57,019 nucleotides of DNA from an uncultured Gammaproteobacteria bacterium (GTDB lineage: Bacteria > Patescibacteriota > Patescibacteriia > VMEV01 > CAYQCH01). Positions 39,361 through 50,894 of this stretch are shown here, in pieces (the first letter of the stretch is position 1; every line of letters begins with the position of its first letter). Location: positions 4,903 through 61,921 of the forward strand of contig CAYGRO010000006.1 in the NCBI GenBank assembly GCA_964352335.1. The letters run 5' to 3'. The notes beneath the pieces were generated by a model. That model saw only the letters and a list, made by a program, of their open reading frames with translations, made no database searches and was not told the DNA's origin. The translations under genes and the position numbers were made by a program.

Positions 39361-39557
39361 AAGCGGTTCACCTCGTTTCTCGTTATCCTGTTTCCATCGA
39401 GGGGAGTGACACTCGTTGCTCCCCTCATTACCCCCTAACGTTCAAAATCCAAAGTACAAAAAAATGAATTAAATACTTCAATTTAGCTTAAAAACAAGTG
39501 GTTTATCCCTTCTCAGTACTCATCCACAGCTCCTCCCCAGCTTTAATCCTAAAACAC

Positions 39558-39586
39558 TTGACCTTTTTTTAGCTTATTGCTACAAT
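39558..39586 (+). promoter_or_regulatory. rRNA operon promoter
   Basis: TTGACC-17 bp-TACAAT with a TGn extension; boxA-like GCTCGTTGACAA at 39821. Confidence 0.75.
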
Positions 39587-40193
39587 ACTCACACGAAATT
39601 TGAAACGTCTTCTCATCGAGTTAGACCTCTTTCTCTAAAAGCATTTATGCCTAAACGACTTAAAAGTGAAGACTCTTTATAAGAGTAATAACTAGCCTGC
39701 ATAATCTTTACGAGAAAAAAAGATTATACGGCTCACAGCCGTTTTTTTTGTTCCTCAAAATTCAGTAGATATAAGTAGGTACGAAGCACGCTTCGTGCCC
39801 TACTATCTGTTTACTGATTAGCTCGTTGACAACTGAATATTCTACGAAATTATATATATGATCTAAAACGTCATGTGCATCTTTACAGTACATCAAGTAC
39901 AAAAACTACAAATGATAAGTGCTACATTCTCTTGAGCATCACAAAAATTCTTTTTGTGGTTGTCTCAAGAAGGGTAAATGAGTGGATGCCTCGACATCTA
40001 GAGACGATGAAGGACGTGACAGCCTGCGAAAAGCTTCGGTTAGGTGGCTAGTAACCTATGACCCGGAGATGTCCGAATGGGGAAACCCCGCTCTTGTTAT
40101 AAAGAGTGAACTTATACTGAATACATAGGTATAAGTGGTGAACCTGGGGAATTGAAACATCTTAGTACCCAGAGGAAAAGAAAACAGTAAAAC

Positions 40194-40261
40194 CCATTAT
40201 AAATCTGGTTTGTAGAGACGTAATATTTTACGACTCGACAAGATAACCAGATTTATAATGG
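40194..40261 (+). other. Hairpin insertion (IVS/expansion) in 23S near E. coli position ~230
   Basis: CCATTATAAATCTGGTT/AACCAGATTTATAATGG arms inside the normally short GAAAAGAAA...GATTCC segment. Confidence 0.8.
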
Positions 40262-40607
40262 ACGTGATTCCCTTAGTAGTGGCGAACGAACGGGGAACAG
40301 CCTAAACCTTATCGGTGTGTCTTTTTGTGAAGTATGAGATTTATCTTATATCGATCAATTTGATTAAAGGATTACACCGTTGCCGATTTGGTGTCATGAG
40401 ACCTATTGTTAGAGCGTGTAATAGCTCTAGATAGGATAGCGGAAATATAGTTGAAGTTCCTGGAATCGGAACGCCAGAGAGGGTGACAGCCCCGTACACG
40501 AAATATTTTCTCTACCTATGAATACGGTTCTCGAGTACAGCGGGACTCGCGAAATCCTGTTGGAATTTGGGGTGACTATGCTCTAAGGCTAAATACTACT
40601 AGATGAT

Positions 40608-40644
<37 letters not shown>

Positions 40645-40819
40645 CACCCCGGTGAGGGGTCGTGAAATAGACCTGAAACCATTTACTTACAAGGAGTCGG
40701 AGGGCCTTATGGCCTGACGGCGTGCCTATTGAAGAATGAGCCAACGACTTTATTCTGTGTTGCCTGTTTAATTCCTTATAGGAAGAAGGCTCAGTGAAAG
40801 CGAGGCTTAACCGCCGAAA

Positions 40820-40885
40820 TGAGATAAATAGAATTTTGTACAGACGCAATTATTGCGTCTGTACTTAAAATTTCTATTTATCTCA
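40820..40885 (+). other. Hairpin insertion (IVS/expansion) in 23S near E. coli position ~650
   Basis: TGAGATAAATAGAA/TTCTATTTATCTCA arms around the perfect palindrome GTACAGACGCAAT-T-ATTGCGTCTGTAC. Confidence 0.8.
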
Positions 40886-42151
40886 ATCTGCAGCACAGAT
40901 AAGACCCGAAGCCGGGTGATCTATCCATGGCCAGGTTGAACCTCTATGAAAATAGAGGGGAGGACCGAACCCACTCGCCGTGCAACACGAGGGGATGAGT
41001 TGTGGATAGCGGAGAAATTCCAATCGAACCCGGCAATAGCTGGTTCTCCCCGAAATAGTTTTAGGACTAGCCTGTAATTGTCCCCTCTGGGGGTAGAGCA
41101 CTGTTTGAGGTTCGGGCCTTCGGGTACCGTCCACAGACAAACTCCGAATACCAGAGGACTAAAGTTACAGAGTTACACCATGGGGGCTAAGCTCCATTGG
41201 TGAAAAGGGAAACAGCCCAGATCGCAAAATAAGGTCCCTAAATCTTCGTTAAGTGTGAAAAGTGGTGAAAAGACTTATACAACGAGGAGGTTGGCTTAGA
41301 AGCAGCCATCCTTTAAAGAAAGCGTAACAGCTCACTCGTCTAGTCTTTTTGCGCTGAAAATGTAACGGGGCTAAACGAAGTACCGAATTTGCGGGTTCAA
41401 ATCTAGTTTACTAGATATGGGCGGTAGGGGAGCGTTCCAGTCGGCATTGAAGCCCAAACGTGAGAATGGGTGGAGTGACTGGAAGTGAGAATGTTGGCAT
41501 GAGTAGCAAAAATGCGGGTGAGAACCCCGCACACCGTAAACCCAAGGTTTCCTGGGCTATGTAAATCAGCTCAGGGTTAGTCGGTCCTAAGGCAAGGCCG
41601 AAAGGCGTAGTCGATGGACAGCAGGTTAATATTCCTGCACCACGGTGATAACTGATGGAGTGACGCTTGATTTGGGTCTCTGCGCAATTTTGGTTATGTG
41701 CGTTGGGGCAAGCAACTGGTGGTATAGGAAAATCCGTACCGCATATACAGGAGTTTGCATCGCAAGAGGAAGCCTTCGGGTGGAATCAAGAGAGACGAGA
41801 GTTGAGCCAAGAAAAACTTCTAGGGCTAATTATCAACGTGTCCGTACCGTAAACCGACACAGGTGGGTGAGGCGAGTAGCCTCAGGTGCACGAGAGAAAC
41901 ATGGTTAAGGAACTCGGCAAAACAGCGGTCGTACCTTCGGTATAAGGCCTGCCTACGTTCTTCGGAATTGTAGGCCGCAGCGAAAGACTCCAAGCGACTG
42001 TTTACCAAAAACACAGGTCCCTGCTAAAGCGCAAGCTGATGTATAGGGGCTGATGCCTGGCCAGTGTCCGAACGTTAAGAGGAGAGGTGAATCACTTCGG
42101 TGAGGCAGCCTTGAATCCAAGCGCGGATGAACGCCGGCGATAACTATAATC

Positions 42152-42557
<406 letters not shown>

Positions 42558-42818
42558 AAGTTCCGACCTGCACGAACGGCATAACGATTTGGAGACTGTC
42601 TCAACCATGTACTCGGCGAAATTGCAATGCGAGTAAAGATGCTCGCTACGCGTAGCAGGACGAAAAGACCCCGTGAAGCTTTACTACAACTTGATATTGT
42701 CATATTGTCTCAACTGTTCAGCATAGGTGGGAGCCTTCGGGCACCAGTGAGATACCACCCTGTTGTTATGGTATGACTAACCTTAGGCCGTGAAACCGGC
42801 CACGGGACAGTATCTGGT

Positions 42819-42850
<32 letters not shown>

Positions 42851-43073
42851 AAGTAACGGAGGCGTTTACAAAGGTTGGCTAGTTCCGGATGGAAATCGGG
42901 ACGATAGTGTAAAGGCATAAGCCAGCTTTACTGCAAGACAGACTCGTCGCGCAGTTACGAAAGTAGAACTTAGTGATCCGACCGTTCGATATAGGACGGC
43001 GGAAGCTCATCGGATAAAAGTTACTCCGGGGATAACAGGCTGATTGTGCCCAAGCGTCCATAGCGACGGCACA

Positions 43074-43110
<37 letters not shown>

Positions 43111-43144
43111 GTGAAGAAGCTCCCAAGGGTTTGGCTGTTCGCCA

Positions 43145-43196
<52 letters not shown>

Positions 43197-43621
43197 CTAT
43201 CCGCTACGCGCGTTAGAAATTTGAGGGGCCCTTTCTCTAGTACGAGAGGACCGAGAAGGACGAACCTCTAGTGTACCAGTTGTTCCACCAGGGGCATTGC
43301 TGGGTAGCTACGTTCGGGTTAGATAAGTGCTGAAGGCATCTAAGCACGAAGCTGTTCCCAAGATTAGATTTCATATCCTCCTAGGAGACTACTAGGTTGA
43401 TAGGCTGCAAGTGTAAGTACAGTGATGTATTAAGCTGAGCAGTACTAATGGATTTGAGACAACCACTAAACGAAGTTTTAGTGATTGTTTAAAGAGAATA
43501 CATAAATTGCACTTTCAAACGTAGTTTGTAAAATGCGCATGACGTTTTCGATTGTTATATATCGAAGTAGAATATTCATCACCTCATTGGAGCGTGGTAT
43601 CTCAATTTTGAGATCTCGTGC

Positions 43622-43729
43622 TCTGGTGCTCCTTCCAGAAGGGTCCACCTGTTCCCATCCCGAACACAGCAGTTAAGCCTTCTAGGGCCGATGGTAGTGC
43701 TTTTGCGCAAGAGTAGGTAGGTGCCAGTT
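43622..43729 (+). rRNA. rrf: 5S rRNA
   Basis: CTGGTG...CACCTGTTCCCATCCCGAACACAGCAGTTAAG...GCCGATGGTAGT...GAGTAGGT..GTGCCAG. Confidence 0.95.
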
Positions 43730-43733
43730 ATCA

Positions 43734-43762
43734 AAAAAATCACGTTATTGCGTGATTTTTTT
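43734..43762 (+). terminator. rRNA operon terminator
   Basis: AAAAAAATCACG-TTATTG-CGTGATTTTTTT. Confidence 0.8.
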
Positions 43763-43903
43763 GTTTGTTTGGACACATTTACCCCCACCCGACCTGCCCC
43801 TTCCCAGTGGGAGGAGGTGATATTTTTTGTCATTCCCGCCCCGCATCAAGTGCGGGGTAAGCTCCGGAAGGAATCTAAATGTTGAACATGATATAATATA
43901 TTC

Positions 43904-45070
43904 ATGAAACACCTCAACACAATTAATCTCAAAGAAAAAACAGCACTCTTACGTTTAAACCTAAACGTCCCTATTAAAAATGGACAAATTTTAGATGAAT
44001 TTAGATTAGAAGTGGTATTGCCAACAATAAACTATTGTCATCTTCATGCAACAAAAATAGTTATCATGGCACATCTTGGGCGACCTAATGGAGTTGATCA
44101 ATCATTATCGCTCAAGCCTGTTGCGGAACATTTATCAAAGCTGTTAAAAGAAAAAATTATCTTTCTTCCTGATTGTATAGGTCAAGATATTCGTGATCAA
44201 ATCAAAAAAGCCCCAGAGCATTCGATTATTCTCTTAGAAAATGTTCGTTTTCATAAAGAAGAGGAAGAAAATGATGAGCTATTTGGTAATGAGCTTGCGC
44301 AAAATGGAGATATTTTTATTAATGATGCTTTTGGAGATAATGCAAAAGAAACAGCAAGCATTATTTGGCCAGCTAAAGTTTTAGAATCTGCTGCAGGGTT
44401 TAGATTGCATGAAGAATTAGAGCAGTTAAACAAATTAAAGGACAATCCTAAGCATCCTTTGGTGATATTAATTGGTGGGGCAAAAATAAAGGAGAAAATG
44501 GGAGTGATTTTAGAATTAGGGAAAAAAGCGGATCGCATTTTAATAGGTGGTGGAGTTGCCAATACATTATTGCAAGCAAAGGGCTTTAATATGCAGTCTT
44601 CGTTAGTACAAAAAGACGAGCTATCATTAGCAAAAAAGCTTTTGCAAGAATTTGGTTCTAAAATCGTATTACCAATTGATGGTGCAGTTGTTAAAAAAGA
44701 TGGAGACCAATACAATAGAGAATCATTTGGTTACAAACCTATCGAGCAATTGGCAGAAAACGATGCCGTGCTCGATTTAGGTATCCAAAGTTTTGATCTT
44801 TTCCAAGATCATTTAAGTCGAGCACGCACAATATTTTGGGCGGGGCCATTAGGGTATATTGAATGGGATAAAACAGCTCATTATTCAATTGAAATTGCTA
44901 AACTTATTGCAGGTTATACAATCGACACGGCAGCTGGAGGAGGAGAAACAGTGACATTACTTGCTATGGCTGGAGTTATTAATCAAATTGATTTTGTTTC
45001 AACTGGTGGTAGTGCTTCTTTGCAATATCTTTCAGGAAAGAAATTACCAGGTGTAGAAGTATTAGGGTAA
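43904..45070 (+). CDS. pgk: Phosphoglycerate kinase family protein (divergent)
   Basis: NVP, AHLGRP, LLENVRF, NDAFG, GGAK and STGGSASL motifs; several substrate-pocket substitutions. Confidence 0.88.
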   Translation: MKHLNTINLKEKTALLRLNLNVPIKNGQILDEFRLEVVLPTINYCHLHATKIVIMAHLGRPNGVDQSLSLKPVAEHLSKLLKEKIIFLPDCIGQDIRDQIKKAPEHSIILLENVRFHKEEEENDELFGNELAQNGDIFINDAFGDNAKETASIIWPAKVLESAAGFRLHEELEQLNKLKDNPKHPLVILIGGAKIKEKMGVILELGKKADRILIGGGVANTLLQAKGFNMQSSLVQKDELSLAKKLLQEFGSKIVLPIDGAVVKKDGDQYNRESFGYKPIEQLAENDAVLDLGIQSFDLFQDHLSRARTIFWAGPLGYIEWDKTAHYSIEIAKLIAGYTIDTAAGGGETVTLLAMAGVINQIDFVSTGGSASLQYLSGKKLPGVEVLG

Positions 45071-45256
45071 GTAACTGATTTAAGATAAAAGCTCTTTAAT
45101 AGGGCTTTTTTGTATAGTCATTTTTTGTTACTGTTGACAATAAAATGACATAAAATAACCCTATAATCCCTGTTATTTGGGTCTTTATCTAAGTTTTGTT
45201 TGTTATTGTCGACAGCAAATTGACACTTTATAGTATCAAACTTATAATACGAGTAT

Positions 45257-46009
45257 ATGGTAACTCCTGAACTATTTCTCCAAGAATTAGGCTTGTCTGA
45301 CAAGGAACGAAGGGTTTATCTCGCTTTATTGCGAAGAGGCCCAAGTTCTGTGCGTCAATTAGCTGAATCTTCAGAAGTAAATAGAGGAAGTACCTATGAT
45401 ATCTTAAAATCATTGCAAGAACAGGGAATTGTTTCTTACTTTGATAAAGATAAAAAAACGCTTTTTGTTGCAGAGTCCCCAGAAACTCTGGTTGAGTTAT
45501 TAGAAAACAAAAAACGTCACATTCATACACTTGAGCAACAATTAATAGAGGTCTTGCCGCAACTCTCGTCTATCGCGGCAAGATCAGCTAGTGCAAAACC
45601 AGTTGCTCGTTATTATCACGGCTCTAAAGCGATACGATCAATTCTTTTAGAAGTTCTTCAAGATATTGGCGCATTAGAAAACAAAGAATATTTCGTCTAT
45701 TCCTCTTCTGCCATTGCCCAACATCTCTATGAAGCAATTCCAGATTTTACAAAAAAACGAGTGAAAGCAAATATCCATGTTCGTGTAATTGCATTTGGAT
45801 CAGAAACAAATGGGCATGACAAATTAGCAGAAAGAAAAAATCTCTATAAAGAGAAAAACGCCCCAACATATACAATTATCTTTGGAAGAAAAACAGCCTT
45901 TATTTCACTTGATGAAAAAGAGCAACCACATGGAGTTATACTTGAAGATTTAAACTTAGCAAATACCCAAAGAATGCTTTTCGAATCAACTTGGGAATGC
46001 ATTAAATAA
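45257..46009 (+). CDS. TrmB-family transcriptional regulator
   Basis: LGLSDKERRVYLALL, wHTH NRGSTYDILKSLQEQGIV and AESPETL; C-terminal effector domain. Confidence 0.9.
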   Translation: MVTPELFLQELGLSDKERRVYLALLRRGPSSVRQLAESSEVNRGSTYDILKSLQEQGIVSYFDKDKKTLFVAESPETLVELLENKKRHIHTLEQQLIEVLPQLSSIAARSASAKPVARYYHGSKAIRSILLEVLQDIGALENKEYFVYSSSAIAQHLYEAIPDFTKKRVKANIHVRVIAFGSETNGHDKLAERKNLYKEKNAPTYTIIFGRKTAFISLDEKEQPHGVILEDLNLANTQRMLFESTWECIK

Positions 46010-46045
46010 GCACTAAATGACTGAAACATTGAAACACTGACATTT

Positions 46046-46798
46046 ATGTACGCAATTATACTTGCAGCAGGAAAAGGAACAAGAATGGAATCAGATTTAC
46101 CAAAAGTCTTGATGCCTTTTGCTGATGCAACACTTATTGATCATGCTCTTTTAAATTTACAAAATGCAGAACTTGGTGCAGAGCCTCTAATTGTTATTGG
46201 ATATGAAGCAGAACAAGTTAAAAAGCATTTAGTAGATCACTCTATTACATTTGTTCATCAATTAGAGCAAAATGGAACAGGTCATGCTGTTCAAGTTTGT
46301 AAAGAAGTCGTTGATAGATCTAAGCCAGTTTTAGTTTTATACGGAGATCATGTACTTATTAAACCCGAGACATTAAAAAAATTATATGCATCTTTCAATC
46401 AAGGGAAAGCAACTATTAGCATGGTGACATATCGGATTCCAGATTATAACGTCTACAATGGTCAATTCAAAAGCTATGGCAGAATTTTGCGAGATGAAGA
46501 TGAAAATATGATCGGTATCAAAGAAATGAAAGATGCTTCAGAAGATGAGCTTGCTATTCGAGAAGTAAACCCAGCTTACTTTCTATTTAACGGGCCATGG
46601 CTTTGGGAAAATTTAGCATTACTTAATTCAAATAATGCTCAGTCTGAATTATACCTTACAGATTTAGTCGAAATGGCAATTAACCAAGGAAAATTAGTGG
46701 ATACAGTATTAGGAGATGATCTTGTAGAGGCAATTGGTATAAATACACAAGATCAACTAAAATTGGCAGAACAATTATTACAGCAACGGCAATCGTAA
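46046..46798 (+). CDS. GlcNAc-1-phosphate uridyltransferase (GlmU N-terminal domain only)
   Basis: ILAAGKGTRMESDLPKVL, QNGTGHAV, YGD, YGRILR, EVN and NNAQSELYLTD motifs; no beta-helix domain. Confidence 0.88.
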   Translation: MYAIILAAGKGTRMESDLPKVLMPFADATLIDHALLNLQNAELGAEPLIVIGYEAEQVKKHLVDHSITFVHQLEQNGTGHAVQVCKEVVDRSKPVLVLYGDHVLIKPETLKKLYASFNQGKATISMVTYRIPDYNVYNGQFKSYGRILRDEDENMIGIKEMKDASEDELAIREVNPAYFLFNGPWLWENLALLNSNNAQSELYLTDLVEMAINQGKLVDTVLGDDLVEAIGINTQDQLKLAEQLLQQRQS

Positions 46799-46878
46799 AT
46801 TGATTAGTAACATGTAGTTCATTAAAGTAGTGGGTTACTGGTTACTAACCAATAGTACAATAAATCTCTTCTAAGTTT

Positions 46879-47508
46879 ATGAAAATTATATTTGATTTTG
46901 ACCACACTATTTTTGATATGGCGTCGATGCATTTGGCATTAATTGAGGCAATTGAAGAAATAGGGATTAGTAAAGAAGAATACAAAACTGCATACAATAA
47001 AGAAACAAATTGGAAATCATTTGATGTAGATAGCCTTGCCGGTCGTTTAGAAAAAATGACAAATAAACCAGTAGCTTCGATTAAAAAAGCCTATCATCGA
47101 GTAGGAGATGTTGCAGACTTATTCGTTTATAATGACGTTGTAGAGGCTTTAGAAGAATTAAAAGCTGATGGGCATGAATTAAGATTGCTTTCTTGGGGGG
47201 ATGGTGATTGGCAATTACGAAAGATTAACTCTTGCGGATTTAAAAAATACTTCACAGAAATTATTACAGTCACCGAGTTAAAAGCAGATTTCTTAACACA
47301 GTGGGGAAAGGATAATACAGATGTTGTTGTGATTGATGATAAGCCAGCAGAATTGAAAGCCATAAATAAAGAACACCCAAATTTTACACTCATACGAATG
47401 AGAAGGGAGAATGGAAAATATTCAGACCAGGAAACACCAGAAGGAATTGGAGAAGTGAAAAATATGAAAGAAGTTATTGCTTCAATCAAACAATTAAAAA
47501 AAGACTAA
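46879..47508 (+). CDS. HAD-family hydrolase
   Basis: IIFDFDHT motif I, LLS motif II, K and IDD motifs. Confidence 0.85.
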   Translation: MKIIFDFDHTIFDMASMHLALIEAIEEIGISKEEYKTAYNKETNWKSFDVDSLAGRLEKMTNKPVASIKKAYHRVGDVADLFVYNDVVEALEELKADGHELRLLSWGDGDWQLRKINSCGFKKYFTEIITVTELKADFLTQWGKDNTDVVVIDDKPAELKAINKEHPNFTLIRMRRENGKYSDQETPEGIGEVKNMKEVIASIKQLKKD

Positions 47509-47556
47509 AAACAAAAATGGATCATTCGGAATTTAACTTATTGTAATATATTTAGT

Positions 47557-49326
47557 ATGTGTGGAATTATTGCTTATAAAGGGGGGAAACAAGCTGCACC
47601 ATTAGTATTAGATGGTTTAAGAAGACTAGAGTATAGAGGCTACGATTCATGGGGTATTGCTGTCATGGATCAACCAATTCGCATGATTAAAAAAGCAGGT
47701 AAAGTGGGAGAAGTAACTGAAAAGGATATTGAAAAACTTAAAGAAAGTACTTTAGGTATTGGGCATAGTCGTTGGGCAACGAATGGTGGTGTTACGGATT
47801 ATAATTCACATCCTCATATTAGTAATTCTGGTCGACTAGCTCTGGTCCATAATGGGATTGTAGAAAATTTTAGAGAATTAAAATCTGGGTTATTACAAAA
47901 AGGCTATTCATTTTCTTCAGAAACAGATTCAGAAGTCATTGTAAATTTAATTGAAGAACAATTAAAAACAGAAGATTTACATTCAGCTGTAAGAAATACG
48001 TTTTTACAATTAGATGGTCGAAATGCCATCGTCATTCTTGATAAAGAAACAGGAGTTTTACTGGGGGTTCGGTTTGGGTCTCCATTGATTGTTGGTATTG
48101 GTGAGAATGAATTCTTTTTAGCTTCAGATATACCAGCCTTTTTACAGCATACTCGAGATGTCAACTATTTAGATGATTATCAAATGGTTATTATTGATAA
48201 TGAAGGGCTTTCGTATAAAGATGTTCGAACTGGTGAGGCCATTCAAAGAAGAACCATTACGATTGACTGGGATGCCGAACAAGCAGAAAAAGGAGAGTAC
48301 GAGCATTTCATGCTAAAAGAGATTCATGAGCAAAGAGACACCATTAGAAAAGCAGTTGAACAGGATACAAAAGAAATTGAAGCAGCTGCCGAGATGATTA
48401 AAAAATCACGAGGAGCTTTTTTATCTGGTTGCGGAACGGCAGGAAAAGTTTGTCATGTGGGAGAATATTTTTTCAATGCCATTCCACAAAGACATACAAA
48501 CTTCGTTATCGCCTCTGAATTTGGAAACTATACACCGTTTTTAACAGACCAGAGTTTGATGATTGTTGTTTCACAAAGCGGAGAAACGGCCGACCTTTTA
48601 GAAGCGATTGAACAAGCCAAAGAGAAAGGGGTAAAAATTCTTTCTTTGGTAAATGTTCGAGGGTCTTCCATTATGCGAGAATCAGACAAATGCTTACTTG
48701 TTAATGCTGGCCCTGAACAAGCAGTTGCCTCTACAAAGGCGACGACAGCTCAAATGGCATTAATGGCCCTATTAGCCTATGCAACAGCAGGAAGGCTACA
48801 AGAAGGGCGTTTAAGGCTCACTCAGCTAGCAAGTGGTGTAAGCGAATGGTTAAATCCTCGCTATGAAGAACATATTCGTAAACTTGCCAAAATGATTCAT
48901 CAAACATCTGATATTTATATCATCGGACGTGGGGTAAATTATCCTTTAGCATTAGAATGCGCCATTAAATTACAAGAAGTAAGTTATATTCACGGAGAAG
49001 GATTTGCTGGTGGAGAATTAAAACATGGTCCACTCGCTTTGATTAAAGAAGGAACGCCTGTTATTACTTTGGTGGCAGATGATCAAAATAAAGCCGCTAT
49101 TTTAAGTAATGCGCAAGAAGTAAAATCTAGGGGCGGATATATTATTGGAGTCTCACCAACCAATGAAGAGGTTTTTGACTATTGGTTACGTGTACCAAAT
49201 GAAGGTGTGCTCTCACCTATTGTAAATATCATTCCAGTACAAATATTGGCGTATCATCTGGGGCTCCTCCGAGGAGTAAATCCAGATAAGCCAAGGAATT
49301 TAGCGAAGAGTGTGACGGTTAAATAA
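47557..49326 (+). CDS. glmS: Glutamine--fructose-6-phosphate aminotransferase
   Basis: MCGI, LEYRGYDS, SQSGETAD, VASTK, GELKHGP and PRNLAKSVT motifs. Confidence 0.97.
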   Translation: MCGIIAYKGGKQAAPLVLDGLRRLEYRGYDSWGIAVMDQPIRMIKKAGKVGEVTEKDIEKLKESTLGIGHSRWATNGGVTDYNSHPHISNSGRLALVHNGIVENFRELKSGLLQKGYSFSSETDSEVIVNLIEEQLKTEDLHSAVRNTFLQLDGRNAIVILDKETGVLLGVRFGSPLIVGIGENEFFLASDIPAFLQHTRDVNYLDDYQMVIIDNEGLSYKDVRTGEAIQRRTITIDWDAEQAEKGEYEHFMLKEIHEQRDTIRKAVEQDTKEIEAAAEMIKKSRGAFLSGCGTAGKVCHVGEYFFNAIPQRHTNFVIASEFGNYTPFLTDQSLMIVVSQSGETADLLEAIEQAKEKGVKILSLVNVRGSSIMRESDKCLLVNAGPEQAVASTKATTAQMALMALLAYATAGRLQEGRLRLTQLASGVSEWLNPRYEEHIRKLAKMIHQTSDIYIIGRGVNYPLALECAIKLQEVSYIHGEGFAGGELKHGPLALIKEGTPVITLVADDQNKAAILSNAQEVKSRGGYIIGVSPTNEEVFDYWLRVPNEGVLSPIVNIIPVQILAYHLGLLRGVNPDKPRNLAKSVTVK

Positions 49327-49342
49327 CTTAAATAAGATGAAT

Positions 49343-49372
49343 ACAGGGTTGACAACAGCCCTGTTTTTATTT
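49343..49372 (+). terminator. glmS terminator (contains a TTGACA)
   Basis: ACAGGGTTG-ACAA-CAGCCCTGT followed by TTTTATTT. Confidence 0.75.
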
Positions 49373-49389
49373 ATGGTACTTGATCACCT

Positions 49390-49885
49390 TGTGGTGGTAA
49401 TGATAAAAAGGAGAATCTATAACTGATGAAAAACAAGAGCAGGGGAATCCTGCTCACAGTCAACAGATACAACTGAGCCACCTCCTTGATAAGTTTAGAA
49501 CAGCTTTCCAAGGGCTGCCAGAAACGACTCGTTGTGAACTATTATTCTCGGCGGCAAAGAGGTCAGCCGGTATTGAGGCAGATCAGTCGCGTCAGCGGCC
49601 GCATCTCTGGCTCTGGGGCCTAGACACACATGCGCTGCCATTAATTCTCAGGCAGCACCTCGAAGTCTGCGAGCTATGTAGTCATGAGCATGAGTCGTTT
49701 ATGACGCGGGGGGTTGCTCAAAGAGATGGGTATGAAGTGCGTAAAGGGAGCGACATCATATCTGAACTCTATATGTATATCGTTTCGTTGAAGTCAAAAG
49801 CACGGCATCGGCCGAGAAAGAGAAAACGTTAGTCCGCACCAGTTTCATGAGATTGAAAAGTCTCATCTACGGGTGCGGCTTTTCT
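49390..49885 (+). ncRNA. Candidate large structured ncRNA or leader (RNA B), family not recognised
   Basis: ~500-nt GC-richer gap with no long ORF. Nested stems, including AAACGACTC/GAGTCGTTT about 170 nt apart, and a terminal CCGCACC/GGTGCGG + T tract. Confidence 0.62.
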
Positions 49886-49916
49886 AATTGCCTAAAATAT
49901 GGCAAAGTACGTGCAT

Positions 49917-50885
49917 ATGAAAAAAATTGTATTCATCGGTGGTGGAGGAGGAGTTTCAAATATCGTGCCTGGTTTACGCGATGATTTTGATGTGACTACG
50001 ATTATTACTACCTTTGATGATGGTGGAAGTTATGGAACATTTAGACAAGATTACAAAACACCATTAACAGGTGATATCCGACGAGCTTTTGCTGCACTTT
50101 CTACCAATAATCTTGGAGAACATACGGAGCATCGATTTGCAGATGGAGAAATGAAAGGGCATACACTTGGAAATATTGTACTTGCCTCTATTTTTGATCA
50201 ATATCAAGATGCGAAAAAAGCCATGGATAGGCTTCATGAGATTTTTGCGATTAAAGGAAAAGTACTTGGGGTCTCTTATGATCTCGCAGAATTACAAGCA
50301 GAGCTAAAAGACCGTAGCATTCTTCGTGGAGAACATCTTATAGATGAACCACATGCTAAATCACATATTGGTATCAACCGCATTTGGCTTGACCCTGAAC
50401 CAAAAGTAGCAGATGGAGTTATTGACGCCATCACAAATGCTGATCTTATTTTGATGGGGCCGGGGGATTTGTATTGTTCGTTAATTCCAAGCTTACTTGT
50501 AGAAGGAGTGGCAAAAGCTGTACAAGAATCAAAAGCTAAATTTGTGTCTATTTGTAATCGATTTACAAAGTATGGACAAACCAATAACTTTGCCGCATCT
50601 GATCATCTTCGAGTACTTTCTGAATATGCTCAACGCAAGCCGGATATTGTTATTTTGAATACAAGTCCAGTTGACCAAGAGGTGATTGATCATCATTTAG
50701 CTGAAAAAGAGGAACTCGTTGAACAAGATGTCGATTTGCTTAAAACTGAGGGGTATGATGTAATCTTAGCGGAATTATTAGCATCAGAGTTGGTAGAAAA
50801 ATCAAAGGCTGATACACTAAAAAGAAGCAAAATTAAAATGGATCCAGAAAAAATCAATCAATTGGTCCATAAACTACTAGATTAG
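49917..50885 (+). CDS. YvcK/GlmR (CofD-like) UDP-GlcNAc-binding protein
   Basis: IGGGGG, DDGGS, GDIRR, GHTLGN and GPGDLYCSLIP motifs. Second ATG (49917) preferred. Confidence 0.9.
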   Translation: MKKIVFIGGGGGVSNIVPGLRDDFDVTTIITTFDDGGSYGTFRQDYKTPLTGDIRRAFAALSTNNLGEHTEHRFADGEMKGHTLGNIVLASIFDQYQDAKKAMDRLHEIFAIKGKVLGVSYDLAELQAELKDRSILRGEHLIDEPHAKSHIGINRIWLDPEPKVADGVIDAITNADLILMGPGDLYCSLIPSLLVEGVAKAVQESKAKFVSICNRFTKYGQTNNFAASDHLRVLSEYAQRKPDIVILNTSPVDQEVIDHHLAEKEELVEQDVDLLKTEGYDVILAELLASELVEKSKADTLKRSKIKMDPEKINQLVHKLLD

Positions 50886-50894
50886 CAATTATCT

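Noticed and set aside
37584-39430. Prophage or island integrated at tRNA-Leu
   Set aside because: No integrase and no duplicated tRNA 3' end seen in the window.
43829-43876. SRP RNA (TCCGGAAGGAA)
   Set aside because: The flanking CAGG/GCAGC helix is absent; the context is a GTCATTCCCGC...GGAATC REP-like palindrome.
49500-49580. glmS ribozyme
   Set aside because: GCCAGAA and TCGGCGG resemble it, but the AGCGCC cleavage site and GACGAG core are missing, and the region is downstream of glmS.
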